Below, one piece after another: positions 1 to 9,585 of a stretch of DNA of 64,000 bases; positions within the stretch are counted from its first letter, which is position 1, and every line of letters starts with the position of its first letter. The translations under genes and the position numbers were made by a program. The DNA lies in NCBI GenBank assembly GCA_963741865.1, contig CAVUJP010000002.1:193347-257346 (forward strand), read 5' to 3'. Under the pieces are notes generated by a model. That model ran no database searches. It saw nothing but the letters and a program-made list of their open reading frames with translations, and was not told the origin of the DNA. The stretch comes from an uncultured Flavobacteriaceae bacterium (lineage in GTDB: Bacteria; Bacteroidota; Bacteroidia; Flavobacteriales; Flavobacteriaceae).

Positions 1-1212
1 AACCTGGAGACCGGCGATCCCGGGATGGTGGGAATATCTTCTGAAAGGCTTCAGAAAATAGGCGCTATGATCCAGAATAATATCGATCAGCAAAAAATTC
101 CCGGCGCCGTTGCTCTCATTGCCAAAGATGGAAAAATCGTTTATTATAAAGCTTTCGGAAACGCCAATGCCGAAGGAGAAAAACTTGAGAAAGACGATAT
201 CTTCCGCATCGCATCCCAATCTAAGGCGATAACCGCAACGGCTGTCATGATGCTTTGGGAAGAAGGTAAATTCCAGCTTGACGATCCCATTTCAAAATAT
301 ATTCCCGAGTTTAAAGATCCGCAGCTGCTCGATACTTTCAATGAAGCCGATTCTTCTTTCACTACCAAACCGGCAGGGAAGGAGATCACTATCAGGAATC
401 TTCTCACCCATACCTCGGGACTCGGCTACGGAATGATCGATCCTGATGAAAAGTTTCAAAAGATCTACGCGAAAGCTGGAATTGTGGATGCCTTTACCAC
501 AACTGGCGCTACCATTGAGGAAAATGAAAAAAAACTGGCCGGACTTCCGCTTCATTTCCCGCCGGGAGAAGAATGGTATTATTCGGAAGGCCTTGATGTG
601 CTGGGATATTTTATTGAAGTGATCTCGGGAAAATCTTTTGACAGGTTTCTGCATGAAAGGATCTTTGAGCCGCTAAACATGAATGACACCTATTTTTACC
701 TTCCAGATTCTAAAGCAGATCGACTGGTGGCGGTTCAGGAAAAGAAAGACGGTCAATGGCAAAATTTCGGAAAAACACCCAATTACGACCCTGATTATCC
801 AATACAAGGAAAGAAGACTTTCTTTTCGGGTGGTGCAGGCTTATCAAGTACGGCGATGGATTATGCCAAATTTCTTCAGATGTATCTTAACGGCGGTATC
901 TATAACGGCCATAGATTATTAAGTCCGCTTACCGTGAAAATGATCATGAGCAACCAGACGGGGGAGCTTTTTGGTGGACCTGAGAATTATTACGGCCTTG
1001 CTTTCGGGGTGGTTAGTAAACAGGGAGAAGCCAAAGGTGGCCTGGGCAGCGAAGGAACTTTCGACTGGGGCGGATATTTCAATACCCAGTATTTTGCCGA
1101 TCCAGTAACTGATGTTATCGGGATTTTAATGAAGCAAACACAAGGACAGTTGGACGACCAGACGGGTTGGAAATTCCGCCAGATGGTCTTTAGCAGTATT
1201 ACCGAAGACTAG
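1..1212 (+). CDS. serine hydrolase, beta-lactamase/PBP family (5' end outside window)
   Basis: Frame is open from nt 1 (listed ORF 25..1212). It has the SxxK nucleophile motif (ASQSKAIT) and a class-C beta-lactamase-like length and composition. Confidence 0.85.
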   Translation, partial: NLETGDPGMVGISSERLQKIGAMIQNNIDQQKIPGAVALIAKDGKIVYYKAFGNANAEGEKLEKDDIFRIASQSKAITATAVMMLWEEGKFQLDDPISKYIPEFKDPQLLDTFNEADSSFTTKPAGKEITIRNLLTHTSGLGYGMIDPDEKFQKIYAKAGIVDAFTTTGATIEENEKKLAGLPLHFPPGEEWYYSEGLDVLGYFIEVISGKSFDRFLHERIFEPLNMNDTYFYLPDSKADRLVAVQEKKDGQWQNFGKTPNYDPDYPIQGKKTFFSGGAGLSSTAMDYAKFLQMYLNGGIYNGHRLLSPLTVKMIMSNQTGELFGGPENYYGLAFGVVSKQGEAKGGLGSEGTFDWGGYFNTQYFADPVTDVIGILMKQTQGQLDDQTGWKFRQMVFSSITED

Positions 1213-1215
1213 ATT

Positions 1216-1947
1216 TTGAAAGATAATTTTTCGGAACAATCAGCAGAATATGCCCAATTTCGCCCCGGTTATCCCAAAGAAGTTTTTCAATTTATAAAAG
1301 ATCGGCTTTCAGCATTCGAAAATGCGTGGGATTGCGGTACGGGAAATGGCCAGGTGGCATTTGAGCTTTCCGACTTCTTCGAAAGGGTGGAAGCTACGGA
1401 TATAAGCGAGCAACAGCTAAAAAATGCGCGGGCTATAAACAACGTTCACTATTCCTTACAGCCGGCTGAAAAAACCGATTTTCCTCCTAATAATTTTGAT
1501 CTCATCATCAGCGCCCAGGCTGCTCACTGGTTCGATCTGGAAAAATTTTACACAGAAATTCGTCGCTGCCTTAAATCCGATGGGCTTATTGTATTAATGG
1601 GCTACGGACTTTTCTACTCTAACGCTGCCACCAACAAGATCATCGCGCATTTTTATAAAGATATTATAGGACCTTACTGGGATCCTGAGCGAAGGCATCT
1701 TGACCAGGCTTATAAAAGTTTTGATTTTTCTTTTAAAGAAATTAGAACTCCAGAATTTCTTCAGGAATACTCCTGGAAAATTGAACATTTGCTGGGATAT
1801 CTCAGAACCTGGTCTGCGGTCAAACATTATGAAAGAGAACAGCAGAAAGATCCGGTTTCCCTCATTGAAGACCCGCTGCGTGAAAGCTTCGGAAGTGAGA
1901 ATAATGTCTTTTTTCCCATTTTTATGAGGATGGGGAAATTATCCTGA
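1216..1947 (+). CDS. class I SAM-dependent methyltransferase
   Basis: TTG start 4 nt after the upstream stop. It has the SAM-binding motif I (WDCGTGNGQVA) and the Methyltransf_11-like DLIISAQAAHW segment. Confidence 0.85.
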   Translation: MKDNFSEQSAEYAQFRPGYPKEVFQFIKDRLSAFENAWDCGTGNGQVAFELSDFFERVEATDISEQQLKNARAINNVHYSLQPAEKTDFPPNNFDLIISAQAAHWFDLEKFYTEIRRCLKSDGLIVLMGYGLFYSNAATNKIIAHFYKDIIGPYWDPERRHLDQAYKSFDFSFKEIRTPEFLQEYSWKIEHLLGYLRTWSAVKHYEREQQKDPVSLIEDPLRESFGSENNVFFPIFMRMGKLS

Positions 1948-2075
1948 AATTGTTCAGTTTTTCCACACCCCAAAAGATTATAATTTTTTAAAAACCAGTG
2001 TTTCCGGGGCTTCTGTCTATGGAATGAAATGTGCTTTTAATGAAACTATTATTTGTTAAAAACACAACGCACACG

Positions 2076-3272
2076 ATGAAAAAATTTATTGCTGTATTCA
2101 TACTTTCCGCGATCTTTTACCTGCAGGCAGGAGCACAGGAGTTTACTGAAAACATAGATTCTTCTGTTACCGAGCAGGTTTTAAGGGAGCTCAATCGCGA
2201 AAGAAACCTTCTCAGTCAGAATCTGGAATTTAGGATCAAAGAAATCGATTCCAAGATAAACACCCTGGACGAAAGCATCAAAAACACCAATTCCGCTTCA
2301 GAAAAAGTGCAAAAATTACTGGAACGCGTAAAATACCTGGAAGAGCGGCAGGAAGAGATCGATAAGAACACCATTAGTGTTTATAAATACAATTATAGTT
2401 CTGCGATCCTGAACCTGGCATCGATGGAGCGGGAGATCAAGCCGCTAACGCTGTTCAATACTTCACGTGAATTTTATTCCACGCTGGACAAGATCAGCAA
2501 TCCCATGACCTATCCCGGCTACCAGGAATGGTTCGGGAAATTTAAAGATTTCGTCGAAGAGGAAAAGGAAGATGACGCAAGACTGCAGGCACTTAGCCAT
2601 ATGATCCAGGTAACCGGGAATCTGGCCGAAGGAACGCCTTTTACGGGTGTTTTTGCCGGAAGTCTTTTTGAAGGGATCAGTCAGTTTATTGGTTCTTTAA
2701 ATCGACGGGACCGTGAACTGAAGGACAGGAGTATAAAAATGCTGAAATTGACCACTTCCATTTCCCAATTCACTCATGATAAAGATCTTATTGAAACAGA
2801 ATGGGAAGGCATCAACAAAAGCCTGAAAGAGCTGAAAAACCTTCAGAATGAAGCCATCGAAGACAACCTGGTGGAAATGCTTGGGATCAATTTAAAAGAT
2901 TTCAATGAAAAGTTCACCGAAGAGACCGACGCCAAAAAGAGAACTCAGTATATTCTTGATATTTCTAAAATAGCCGAAAATAAGATCGTGGAAGAACGAA
3001 CAACAAATCCTGAAAGCTGGAAACAGGAATACCACGACCAGATGCTGAGGGTTCAGAACTTAAAAATAAGATTTGGGATGATCACTTTCAGAATACTTGA
3101 AAACCTGGAAAAATATGAGAAACTAATCGATAAATATCAGGACGATCCTTTTCTCGCCGAACAAATGAAAGAGCTGAAATTAAAATTAGACATGGTGAGG
3201 AACAGTTTTGAATCCACCTTCAGTCCGCAGGAATATATCAAGGCTTCCAACGAGATGTATATCGTGGAATAA
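2076..3272 (+). CDS. hypothetical secreted coiled-coil protein
   Basis: The internal ATG at 2076 gives MKKFIAVFILSAIFYLQAGAQE, a signal peptide. The rest is rich in E/K/L heptad-like sequence. No family recognised. Confidence 0.55.
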   Translation: MKKFIAVFILSAIFYLQAGAQEFTENIDSSVTEQVLRELNRERNLLSQNLEFRIKEIDSKINTLDESIKNTNSASEKVQKLLERVKYLEERQEEIDKNTISVYKYNYSSAILNLASMEREIKPLTLFNTSREFYSTLDKISNPMTYPGYQEWFGKFKDFVEEEKEDDARLQALSHMIQVTGNLAEGTPFTGVFAGSLFEGISQFIGSLNRRDRELKDRSIKMLKLTTSISQFTHDKDLIETEWEGINKSLKELKNLQNEAIEDNLVEMLGINLKDFNEKFTEETDAKKRTQYILDISKIAENKIVEERTTNPESWKQEYHDQMLRVQNLKIRFGMITFRILENLEKYEKLIDKYQDDPFLAEQMKELKLKLDMVRNSFESTFSPQEYIKASNEMYIVE

Positions 3273-6200
3273 CTATTTATTCAAATAGTTTACAATAGCT
3301 TTAATGCCCCTGATGGGAATGATCACCCATTCGGGACGATTGTTTATCTCATAATTCAGTTCAAAAAGCGCTTTCTCGAGGAGGAAGGTATGAATCAGGA
3401 TTTTGAAATCTTCAGGCTCTTCAGGGATATAGTCACTCTTTCCGGCCTTGTCAAAATAGCCTTTAATGAATAACCTGCTCACATAATAATGCCAGGTCTC
3501 AGCCCATTCTTCCAGCTTTCCTTCCTTGCGCTGCTGGTTGAATTCTGGCGAAAGAATGCTGCTATAAGCCGCATAATGGAAGGAGCGTATCATCGCCGCC
3601 AGGTCGCGCATCGCCGAACGCCTTATCCTTCTTTCGCTGAAAGATTTAGACGAATCGCCCTCGAAACTGTTCATAATGAATTCACGTCCGGTCCAGAGGA
3701 TCTGCCGCAGATGATAATCGCCGTGAGTCCTGATCTTCATCACCGGGATCTTGTGATCGTAAATTCTTTTGAAACACTTCAAGATATCACTTCGCATACT
3801 CAGAACCTCTTTGGCCTCTTCCTGAATTTCTTCCGGGAAATTTTTAAGACTGCCTTTCAGGTTTTGTAAACTGGTCCTGGTAAGCGTTTGCAATCCTGAA
3901 TATAATGACCGCTGATAGTGCAAGGAAGATTCCTCTTTATTGAAATCCCGATGAGAATGATCCTGGGAAAGTGCGGTGTGAAGCCGTGCGGTGAATTCTC
4001 CTAACTGGTAAACTCTTTCCGGAAGCACCACACCCATCAATTCCTGCATATACTCTGGAAATTCTTCAAATCCCAGGGGTTGGGTAAGCTGAATATCATC
4101 TGCTGAACGTTCCAGATTCCTGGAACGGGTGAGCACATTTTCAAAATACCTGTCAGCAGCATCTTTTACATGTACCCAAACTTCTCCCTGATTTTCGGAA
4201 ACCTGCTGCAGCATTCCCATAATATAGGGTTTGATGCCGCGTTGAGTGAACTGCAGGAGTCCGCAGAATTTTGAAATGTTTTCGAAACTGGTCTGCGTGG
4301 ACAGGAATTTTATGGTTTCCACATCGGGATTGAAGGTCTGATCTAGTTTTCTGTAAAGCTTGAAGGAATATTGATTATCATACCTGATAATGGTATGCCT
4401 GTTTTCAGTGTCGAGTAGCTCTGATCTTGAGTTTTCTTCCAGATCCTTCAGAGAATTTTTTTCAATGTCGAATTCCAGCCTGGATCGTTTCTTAGCCGGT
4501 TTTCTAAAATTCTCTATGAGAAAATCCCTAAATCCTTCGGCATAGACCGCATCGAAAAGATAGCCCTCTTTTTTACCAATATGAAGCTGGGCTATAATTC
4601 CTTTTTTCGGAATTTCTTTTACCAGTTTTTCATTTTCGGCATCGGCAAAGGCCACAGGAAGCTGGTACAGCTCGGGTAAACCTTCATTATAGGTGACTTC
4701 GAGAATAATGATCTGTGAGGGCAGACCTTTGATCTTTACATCTATGGTGTCTTTTACCACAATATCCTGAATGATTCGGCCATAGCTTTCAAACCAGCGG
4801 CGATTTTCAAGGTAAGAAGGCAGAATTTTAGCAGAAAGTTTCTGAACCGTCCTGTCTTTTAGCAGACTGCTCCAGGTATTTGTTTTTAGTACGGGAATTT
4901 CTGTTTCTCCTTTTACCCTTTCTCTTTCCTGTTCCAGGGTAAACCAATAGTAGCCGTAGGGAGACATGGTAAAGAGGTAGGGTATTTCAGTAATCTTGGG
5001 GAATTTATTATGACTGAAAACTTCTACAGGTGTATATCCTTTATATTCTTCAAGATCGATTTCCGCGGGCTGGGAAAACCTTGAAAGATTTGCCAAAACA
5101 AGGATTTTTTCATCTTCATAAGTACGTGTATAGGCAATGATCTTGGAATTTGAAGGTGAGAGAAATTTAATATCTCCGCGACCAAAAGCTTTATATTTTT
5201 TCCGCATCCCAATGATCCGTTTCATCCACCAGAGCAGGGAAGAAGAGATCATCTGCTGGGTTTCCACATTTATAGACTCATATTTGTATTCTGGATCGAT
5301 GATCAGCGGCAGATAAAGCTTCTGAGGGTTTGCCAGAGAAAAACCTGCATTTCTATCGGCAGTCCATTGCATGGGCGTTCGCACGCCATCCCGGTCACCG
5401 AGGTAGAAATTGTCACCCATTCCAATCTCATCTCCATAATACACAATGGGAGTTCCCGGAAGAGAGAAAAGCAGCACATTCATCAGTTCGATCTTACTGC
5501 GATTATTTTCCAGCAGCGGGGCCAGCCGGTGACGAATTCCCACGTTTATCTTCGCCTGCGGATCTTTTGTATAAACTTTGTACATATAATCCCTTTCCTC
5601 ATCGGTTACCATTTCCAGGGTAAGTTCATCATGATTCCGAAGAAAAATTCCCCACTGGCAATTTTCGGGAATTTCGGGAGTTTGATCGATAATATCTATA
5701 ATAGGGTAGCGGTCTTCCATTTTCAGCGCCATGAACATGCGCGGCATAATGGGAAAGTGGTAATTCATATGGCATTCATCGCCATCCCCAAAATAAGCTG
5801 CAGAATCTTCCGGCCACATATTTGCTTCGGCTAACAGCAATTTATCATCATATTTCTTATCTACATAAGCCCGGAGCTTTTTCAGAAATTCATGCGTCTG
5901 CGGCAGATTTTCACAATTGGTGTTTTCCCTTTCAAAAAGATAAGGTACGGCATCCAGACGAAAACCGTCTACACCCATTTTCATCCAGAAATCCAAAACA
6001 TTAAAAACTTCCTGCTGCACCTTCGGATTATCGAAATTCAGGTCGGGCTGGTGTGAAAAGAAACGGTGCCAGTAATAGGCCTGGGCCTCAGAATCCCAGC
6101 TCCAGTTCGAAGGCTCGGTATCGGTAAAAATGATACGTGCGTCTTTATATTTCTGCGGGTCATCGCTCCAAACATAATAATCCCGAGCTTCCGATCCCGG

Positions 6201-6575
6201 AGCAGCTTTCCGCGCTTTCTGAAACAACGGGTGCTGATCTGAAGTGTGATTGATCACCAGCTCGGTGATCACCTTTAGTCCGCGATTATGAGCTTCCTTT
6301 ATAAACCGCTGAAAATCCTTTAAATTTCCGTAAGACGGATTAATGGAATAATAATCGGCAATATCGTAACCATCATCACGAAGTGGGGAAGGATAGAACG
6401 GAAGCAGCCAGATTGCCGTTACTCCCAGGTCTTCCAGGTAATCAAGTTTTTTCAGCAAACCTTCAAAATCGCCGATCCCATCTCCGTTACTGTCGAAAAA
6501 AGCCTTTATATGAAGTTCATAAATAATGGCGTCTTTATACCAGAGTTGATCATCAGGATTGGAAGAATTTGTCAT
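3273..6575 (-). CDS. treS: trehalose synthase (maltose alpha-D-glucosyltransferase) fused to maltokinase-like domain
   Basis: 1100 aa. The N-terminal GH13 TreS signature is present (WYKDAIIYELHIKAFFDSNGDGIGDF, GFRLDAVPYL, NHDELTLE). The C-terminal Pep2/Mak-like kinase region contains HGDYHLRQILW. Confidence 0.9.
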   Translation of the reverse strand: MTNSSNPDDQLWYKDAIIYELHIKAFFDSNGDGIGDFEGLLKKLDYLEDLGVTAIWLLPFYPSPLRDDGYDIADYYSINPSYGNLKDFQRFIKEAHNRGLKVITELVINHTSDQHPLFQKARKAAPGSEARDYYVWSDDPQKYKDARIIFTDTEPSNWSWDSEAQAYYWHRFFSHQPDLNFDNPKVQQEVFNVLDFWMKMGVDGFRLDAVPYLFERENTNCENLPQTHEFLKKLRAYVDKKYDDKLLLAEANMWPEDSAAYFGDGDECHMNYHFPIMPRMFMALKMEDRYPIIDIIDQTPEIPENCQWGIFLRNHDELTLEMVTDEERDYMYKVYTKDPQAKINVGIRHRLAPLLENNRSKIELMNVLLFSLPGTPIVYYGDEIGMGDNFYLGDRDGVRTPMQWTADRNAGFSLANPQKLYLPLIIDPEYKYESINVETQQMISSSLLWWMKRIIGMRKKYKAFGRGDIKFLSPSNSKIIAYTRTYEDEKILVLANLSRFSQPAEIDLEEYKGYTPVEVFSHNKFPKITEIPYLFTMSPYGYYWFTLEQERERVKGETEIPVLKTNTWSSLLKDRTVQKLSAKILPSYLENRRWFESYGRIIQDIVVKDTIDVKIKGLPSQIIILEVTYNEGLPELYQLPVAFADAENEKLVKEIPKKGIIAQLHIGKKEGYLFDAVYAEGFRDFLIENFRKPAKKRSRLEFDIEKNSLKDLEENSRSELLDTENRHTIIRYDNQYSFKLYRKLDQTFNPDVETIKFLSTQTSFENISKFCGLLQFTQRGIKPYIMGMLQQVSENQGEVWVHVKDAADRYFENVLTRSRNLERSADDIQLTQPLGFEEFPEYMQELMGVVLPERVYQLGEFTARLHTALSQDHSHRDFNKEESSLHYQRSLYSGLQTLTRTSLQNLKGSLKNFPEEIQEEAKEVLSMRSDILKCFKRIYDHKIPVMKIRTHGDYHLRQILWTGREFIMNSFEGDSSKSFSERRIRRSAMRDLAAMIRSFHYAAYSSILSPEFNQQRKEGKLEEWAETWHYYVSRLFIKGYFDKAGKSDYIPEEPEDFKILIHTFLLEKALFELNYEINNRPEWVIIPIRGIKAIVNYLNK

Positions 6576-6641
6576 GCTTTTCCAGGTTGTTTTTTATTTC
6601 TAAAGGAATAAAATACGGAATCTTTTAGATAGAATACAGAA

Positions 6642-7592
6642 TTAATCGGGAAGTTTTTCTACCGGCATAATATTTACCTGATAGATTTTCCAGTGGAATT
6701 TTTGAAGCGCGTCGAGACCGTCTTCTATTTTCTTATCTATATTTTCCGTTCCTTTTCGTACAGTAACCATTATTTCTCCAAAATAAACCTGCCCTTCTTC
6801 TCTAAATCGAACATCAGAAGCCTGTACCCAATCCCAGGAACCCACAAACTCCCTGATTTTATCAACCAACGGATCGGGTTTGCCTTCTTTTACGGTCACC
6901 GGTCGCTGGTCCATAAGATCTTTAACAGAATTGCTAATATTGGTAACCCCGTCTTTTATTACCGAGGTAGAAATTAAAACCGCGGCAGCACTATCTGCCC
7001 ACCATAATCCAAAGCCTACACCCACAATACCTACCATCGCTGCAACAGCAGTCATATAATCGGCTTTTTGAGTATCAGCATCAGTAAATAAAATTTTATT
7101 ATGCAATTTTTTTGCTTTCGGTAATTTTTTGTGTCCCAGGATAACCGCAGGAACACTACTATATATCAGGGCAAGAATCATTAACCAGCCTAGCCAGATT
7201 TCATGACCAAAGATCATTTTGAGGCCAATAGTAGGATGCTCTGCCTTAATAAGGGACATCCCAGAATCTATAAGCATATAGCATCCCATGATAAACAAGG
7301 CAAGGGCCCCAGCTAAAAATGCGATATTGAAAACCCGATGATACCCATACGGGAAGGAGGGGTTTGGTTTTTTATTATATTTTGAAGCGGCTATTAAAAA
7401 AGCCATTGAGGGTAATAGTCCCAAAGCATCTTCCAGCCAGGCGGTTTTCATTGCCTGTGACGAACCCATGGTAATATACATTACGAATATCACAGATAAC
7501 AAATAAACTATTGTTATCCATTCCAGTTTTTTAGCCTGATCAAATATTTTTTGAAGATGGTCCGGAAGCTGAAATGAATCAAGATTTTTCAT
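6642..7592 (-). CDS. cation diffusion facilitator (CDF) family transporter
   Basis: About 6 predicted TM helices followed by a cytoplasmic C-terminal domain. The layout and motifs are CDF-like (HRVFNIAFL, DADTQKADY). Confidence 0.7.
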   Translation of the reverse strand: MKNLDSFQLPDHLQKIFDQAKKLEWITIVYLLSVIFVMYITMGSSQAMKTAWLEDALGLLPSMAFLIAASKYNKKPNPSFPYGYHRVFNIAFLAGALALFIMGCYMLIDSGMSLIKAEHPTIGLKMIFGHEIWLGWLMILALIYSSVPAVILGHKKLPKAKKLHNKILFTDADTQKADYMTAVAAMVGIVGVGFGLWWADSAAAVLISTSVIKDGVTNISNSVKDLMDQRPVTVKEGKPDPLVDKIREFVGSWDWVQASDVRFREEGQVYFGEIMVTVRKGTENIDKKIEDGLDALQKFHWKIYQVNIMPVEKLPD

Positions 7593-8043
7593 TTTGTTTA
7601 ATTTTTAATAAGTATCGGTCAAGGTGCGTTAGCAATTTGTTTTCTCCTTTAGGGATAAGGAAAATGTGCTTTTCTTTGTCATACATTACAGTGGGTCCGG
7701 CTTTTTTCTTCCAGAGGGTTTTTTTGGTAAAACCGCCAATAACAACATCTAATTTGAAATGTTCTAGCTTATCGATAAGATCGGTTTCATTCCCTTTTTC
7801 AAATTTTACCTGAACCTTATTATTATTGGCAAACTCCCGGATCATTTTCACTTCAGAACCGTCAAACGAATCATTTTCCACAGAAGTGAAAGGCGGATTA
7901 TTAACTACCCCCACTTTTAAACCTTCAGTTTGAACATTTTTCCAGCTGTCCCGAGGATCTTTAGGATAATCATTACAACTGATTAGGGAAAAGGATAGAG
8001 TGAAAATGAATAGAAAAAATAGAATTATTTTCTTTATTTTCAT
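7579..8043 (-). CDS. hypothetical lipoprotein (short periplasmic-binding-protein-like)
   Basis: Signal peptide plus lipobox (FSLISC). The 3' end overlaps the CDF gene start by 14 nt, so the two are probably co-transcribed. Confidence 0.5.
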   Translation of the reverse strand: MKIKKIILFFLFIFTLSFSLISCNDYPKDPRDSWKNVQTEGLKVGVVNNPPFTSVENDSFDGSEVKMIREFANNNKVQVKFEKGNETDLIDKLEHFKLDVVIGGFTKKTLWKKKAGPTVMYDKEKHIFLIPKGENKLLTHLDRYLLKIKQNEKS

Positions 8044-8180
8044 TTTTATAGATTTTGTCCTTTCAATTTAAGGTACAGCAGGTTCTTCCAAAAATTTTTG
8101 TGTTTTCTTTAAAAGAATTGGTTAAAGCCTTTATAAAAAACATGGGTAAATTCCGTTTTCTATCTTCCATTATTAAAACT

Positions 8181-8188
8181 TATCTTTG
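8181..8188 (+). promoter_or_regulatory. candidate Bacteroidota -7 box (TATCTTTG) for ychF
   Basis: Matches the TAnnTTTG consensus of Bacteroidota sigma-A promoters and lies 24 nt upstream of the ychF ATG. Confidence 0.4.
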
Positions 8189-8211
8189 CAGCCGCAAAAA
8201 GAAACCATTAT

Positions 8212-9306
8212 ATGAAAGCCGGAATTGTAGGATTACCCAATGTAGGAAAATCAACCCTTTTCAATTGTTTGTCAAACGCGAAAGCACAAAGTGCAAATTT
8301 TCCATTTTGTACCATCGAGCCTAACGTAGGAGTGGTAAATGTTCCCGACCAGAGGTTAACCAAACTTGGTGAGCTGGTAAATCCTGAACGCGTTATCCCT
8401 GCAACTGTAGAAATCGTAGATATTGCCGGCCTGGTAAAAGGAGCCAGTAAAGGAGAAGGCCTTGGAAATCAGTTTCTCGGAAATATTCGCGAAACCGATG
8501 CCATCCTGCATGTTTTAAGGTGTTTTGAAAATGATAATATCGTGCATGTAGATGGTTCCATTAATCCGATAAGGGATAAGGAAACCATTGATATGGAATT
8601 GCAGCTGAAAGATCTTGAAACTGCAGAAAAGAAACTTGAAAAGGTAAAACGCGCTGCAAAAACCGGAAACAAAGAGGCTCAGAAAGAAGAAACGGCTTTA
8701 ATGAAGGTAAAAAAAGGTTTGGAAGAAGGCAAATCGGTAAGAGCAATCGATCTTTCCGAAGATGAAAGAAAGGAATTTATAAAACCACTTCAGTTCATCA
8801 CCGATAAACCCGTGATGTATGTATGCAATGTAGAAGAATCTTCCGCAGTAACCGGAAATACTCATGTGGAAAGAGTAAAAGAAGCGGTAAAAGATGAGCG
8901 TGCCGAAGTATTGGTGCTTGCCGTGGCTACAGAAGCCGATATTGCCGAACTGGAAGATTATGAAGAAAGACAAATGTTCCTTCAGGATATTGGCCTGGAA
9001 GAGGCCGGTTCTTCAAAGCTGATCCAGGGTGCCTATAATCTTCTGAATCTTCAGACATATTTCACCGCCGGAGAGAAAGAGGTACGGGCCTGGACCGTGA
9101 AAGTTGGAGCCAGTGCTCCTCAGGCAGCCGGAGTGATCCACACCGATTTTGAAAAAGGTTTTATACGCGCCGAAGTGATAAGTTATGAAGACTATGTGAA
9201 CTACGGCAGCGAAGCAAAAGTGAAAGAAGCTGGTAAAATGAGAGTGGAAGGCAAAGAATATATCGTTAAAGACGGCGATATTATGCATTTTCGTTTCAAT
9301 GTGTAG
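8212..9306 (+). CDS. ychF: redox-regulated ribosome-binding ATPase YchF
   Basis: P-loop [18 protein letters not shown] and a 364-aa length. The C-terminal TGS-like end ([12 protein letters not shown]) is typical of YchF. Confidence 0.95.
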   Translation: MKAGIVGLPNVGKSTLFNCLSNAKAQSANFPFCTIEPNVGVVNVPDQRLTKLGELVNPERVIPATVEIVDIAGLVKGASKGEGLGNQFLGNIRETDAILHVLRCFENDNIVHVDGSINPIRDKETIDMELQLKDLETAEKKLEKVKRAAKTGNKEAQKEETALMKVKKGLEEGKSVRAIDLSEDERKEFIKPLQFITDKPVMYVCNVEESSAVTGNTHVERVKEAVKDERAEVLVLAVATEADIAELEDYEERQMFLQDIGLEEAGSSKLIQGAYNLLNLQTYFTAGEKEVRAWTVKVGASAPQAAGVIHTDFEKGFIRAEVISYEDYVNYGSEAKVKEAGKMRVEGKEYIVKDGDIMHFRFNV

Positions 9307-9585
9307 GGAATTAGAAGTAAGAAATAGGAAAATCATCTCAGGCTTTTAGCTAAACTTCTGCATAATTCAGCGGTATCTGCGGGGAAAGCCGCTGCGCGAA
9401 GTAAAAATTAAAAGTTCTGGATGCGGTTTTTAAAATTCCAAATACAATATTCGCACTTCGTACTTCTACCTTCGTACTTTATAATTAACATTTACTGCTA
9501 AATCTTTGTTAATTACTTTCGGCTGATTCTGTTTCGGTTTTTTAGCTTAAATGCTATATTTAGAGCCATAACTCCATGACTACTT

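Noticed and set aside
5367-5834. 155-aa + strand ORF (and others) inside the treS-maltokinase gene
   Set aside because: It lies antisense to the 1100-aa conserved gene. Its His/Arg/Phe-rich sequence is typical of the reverse frame.
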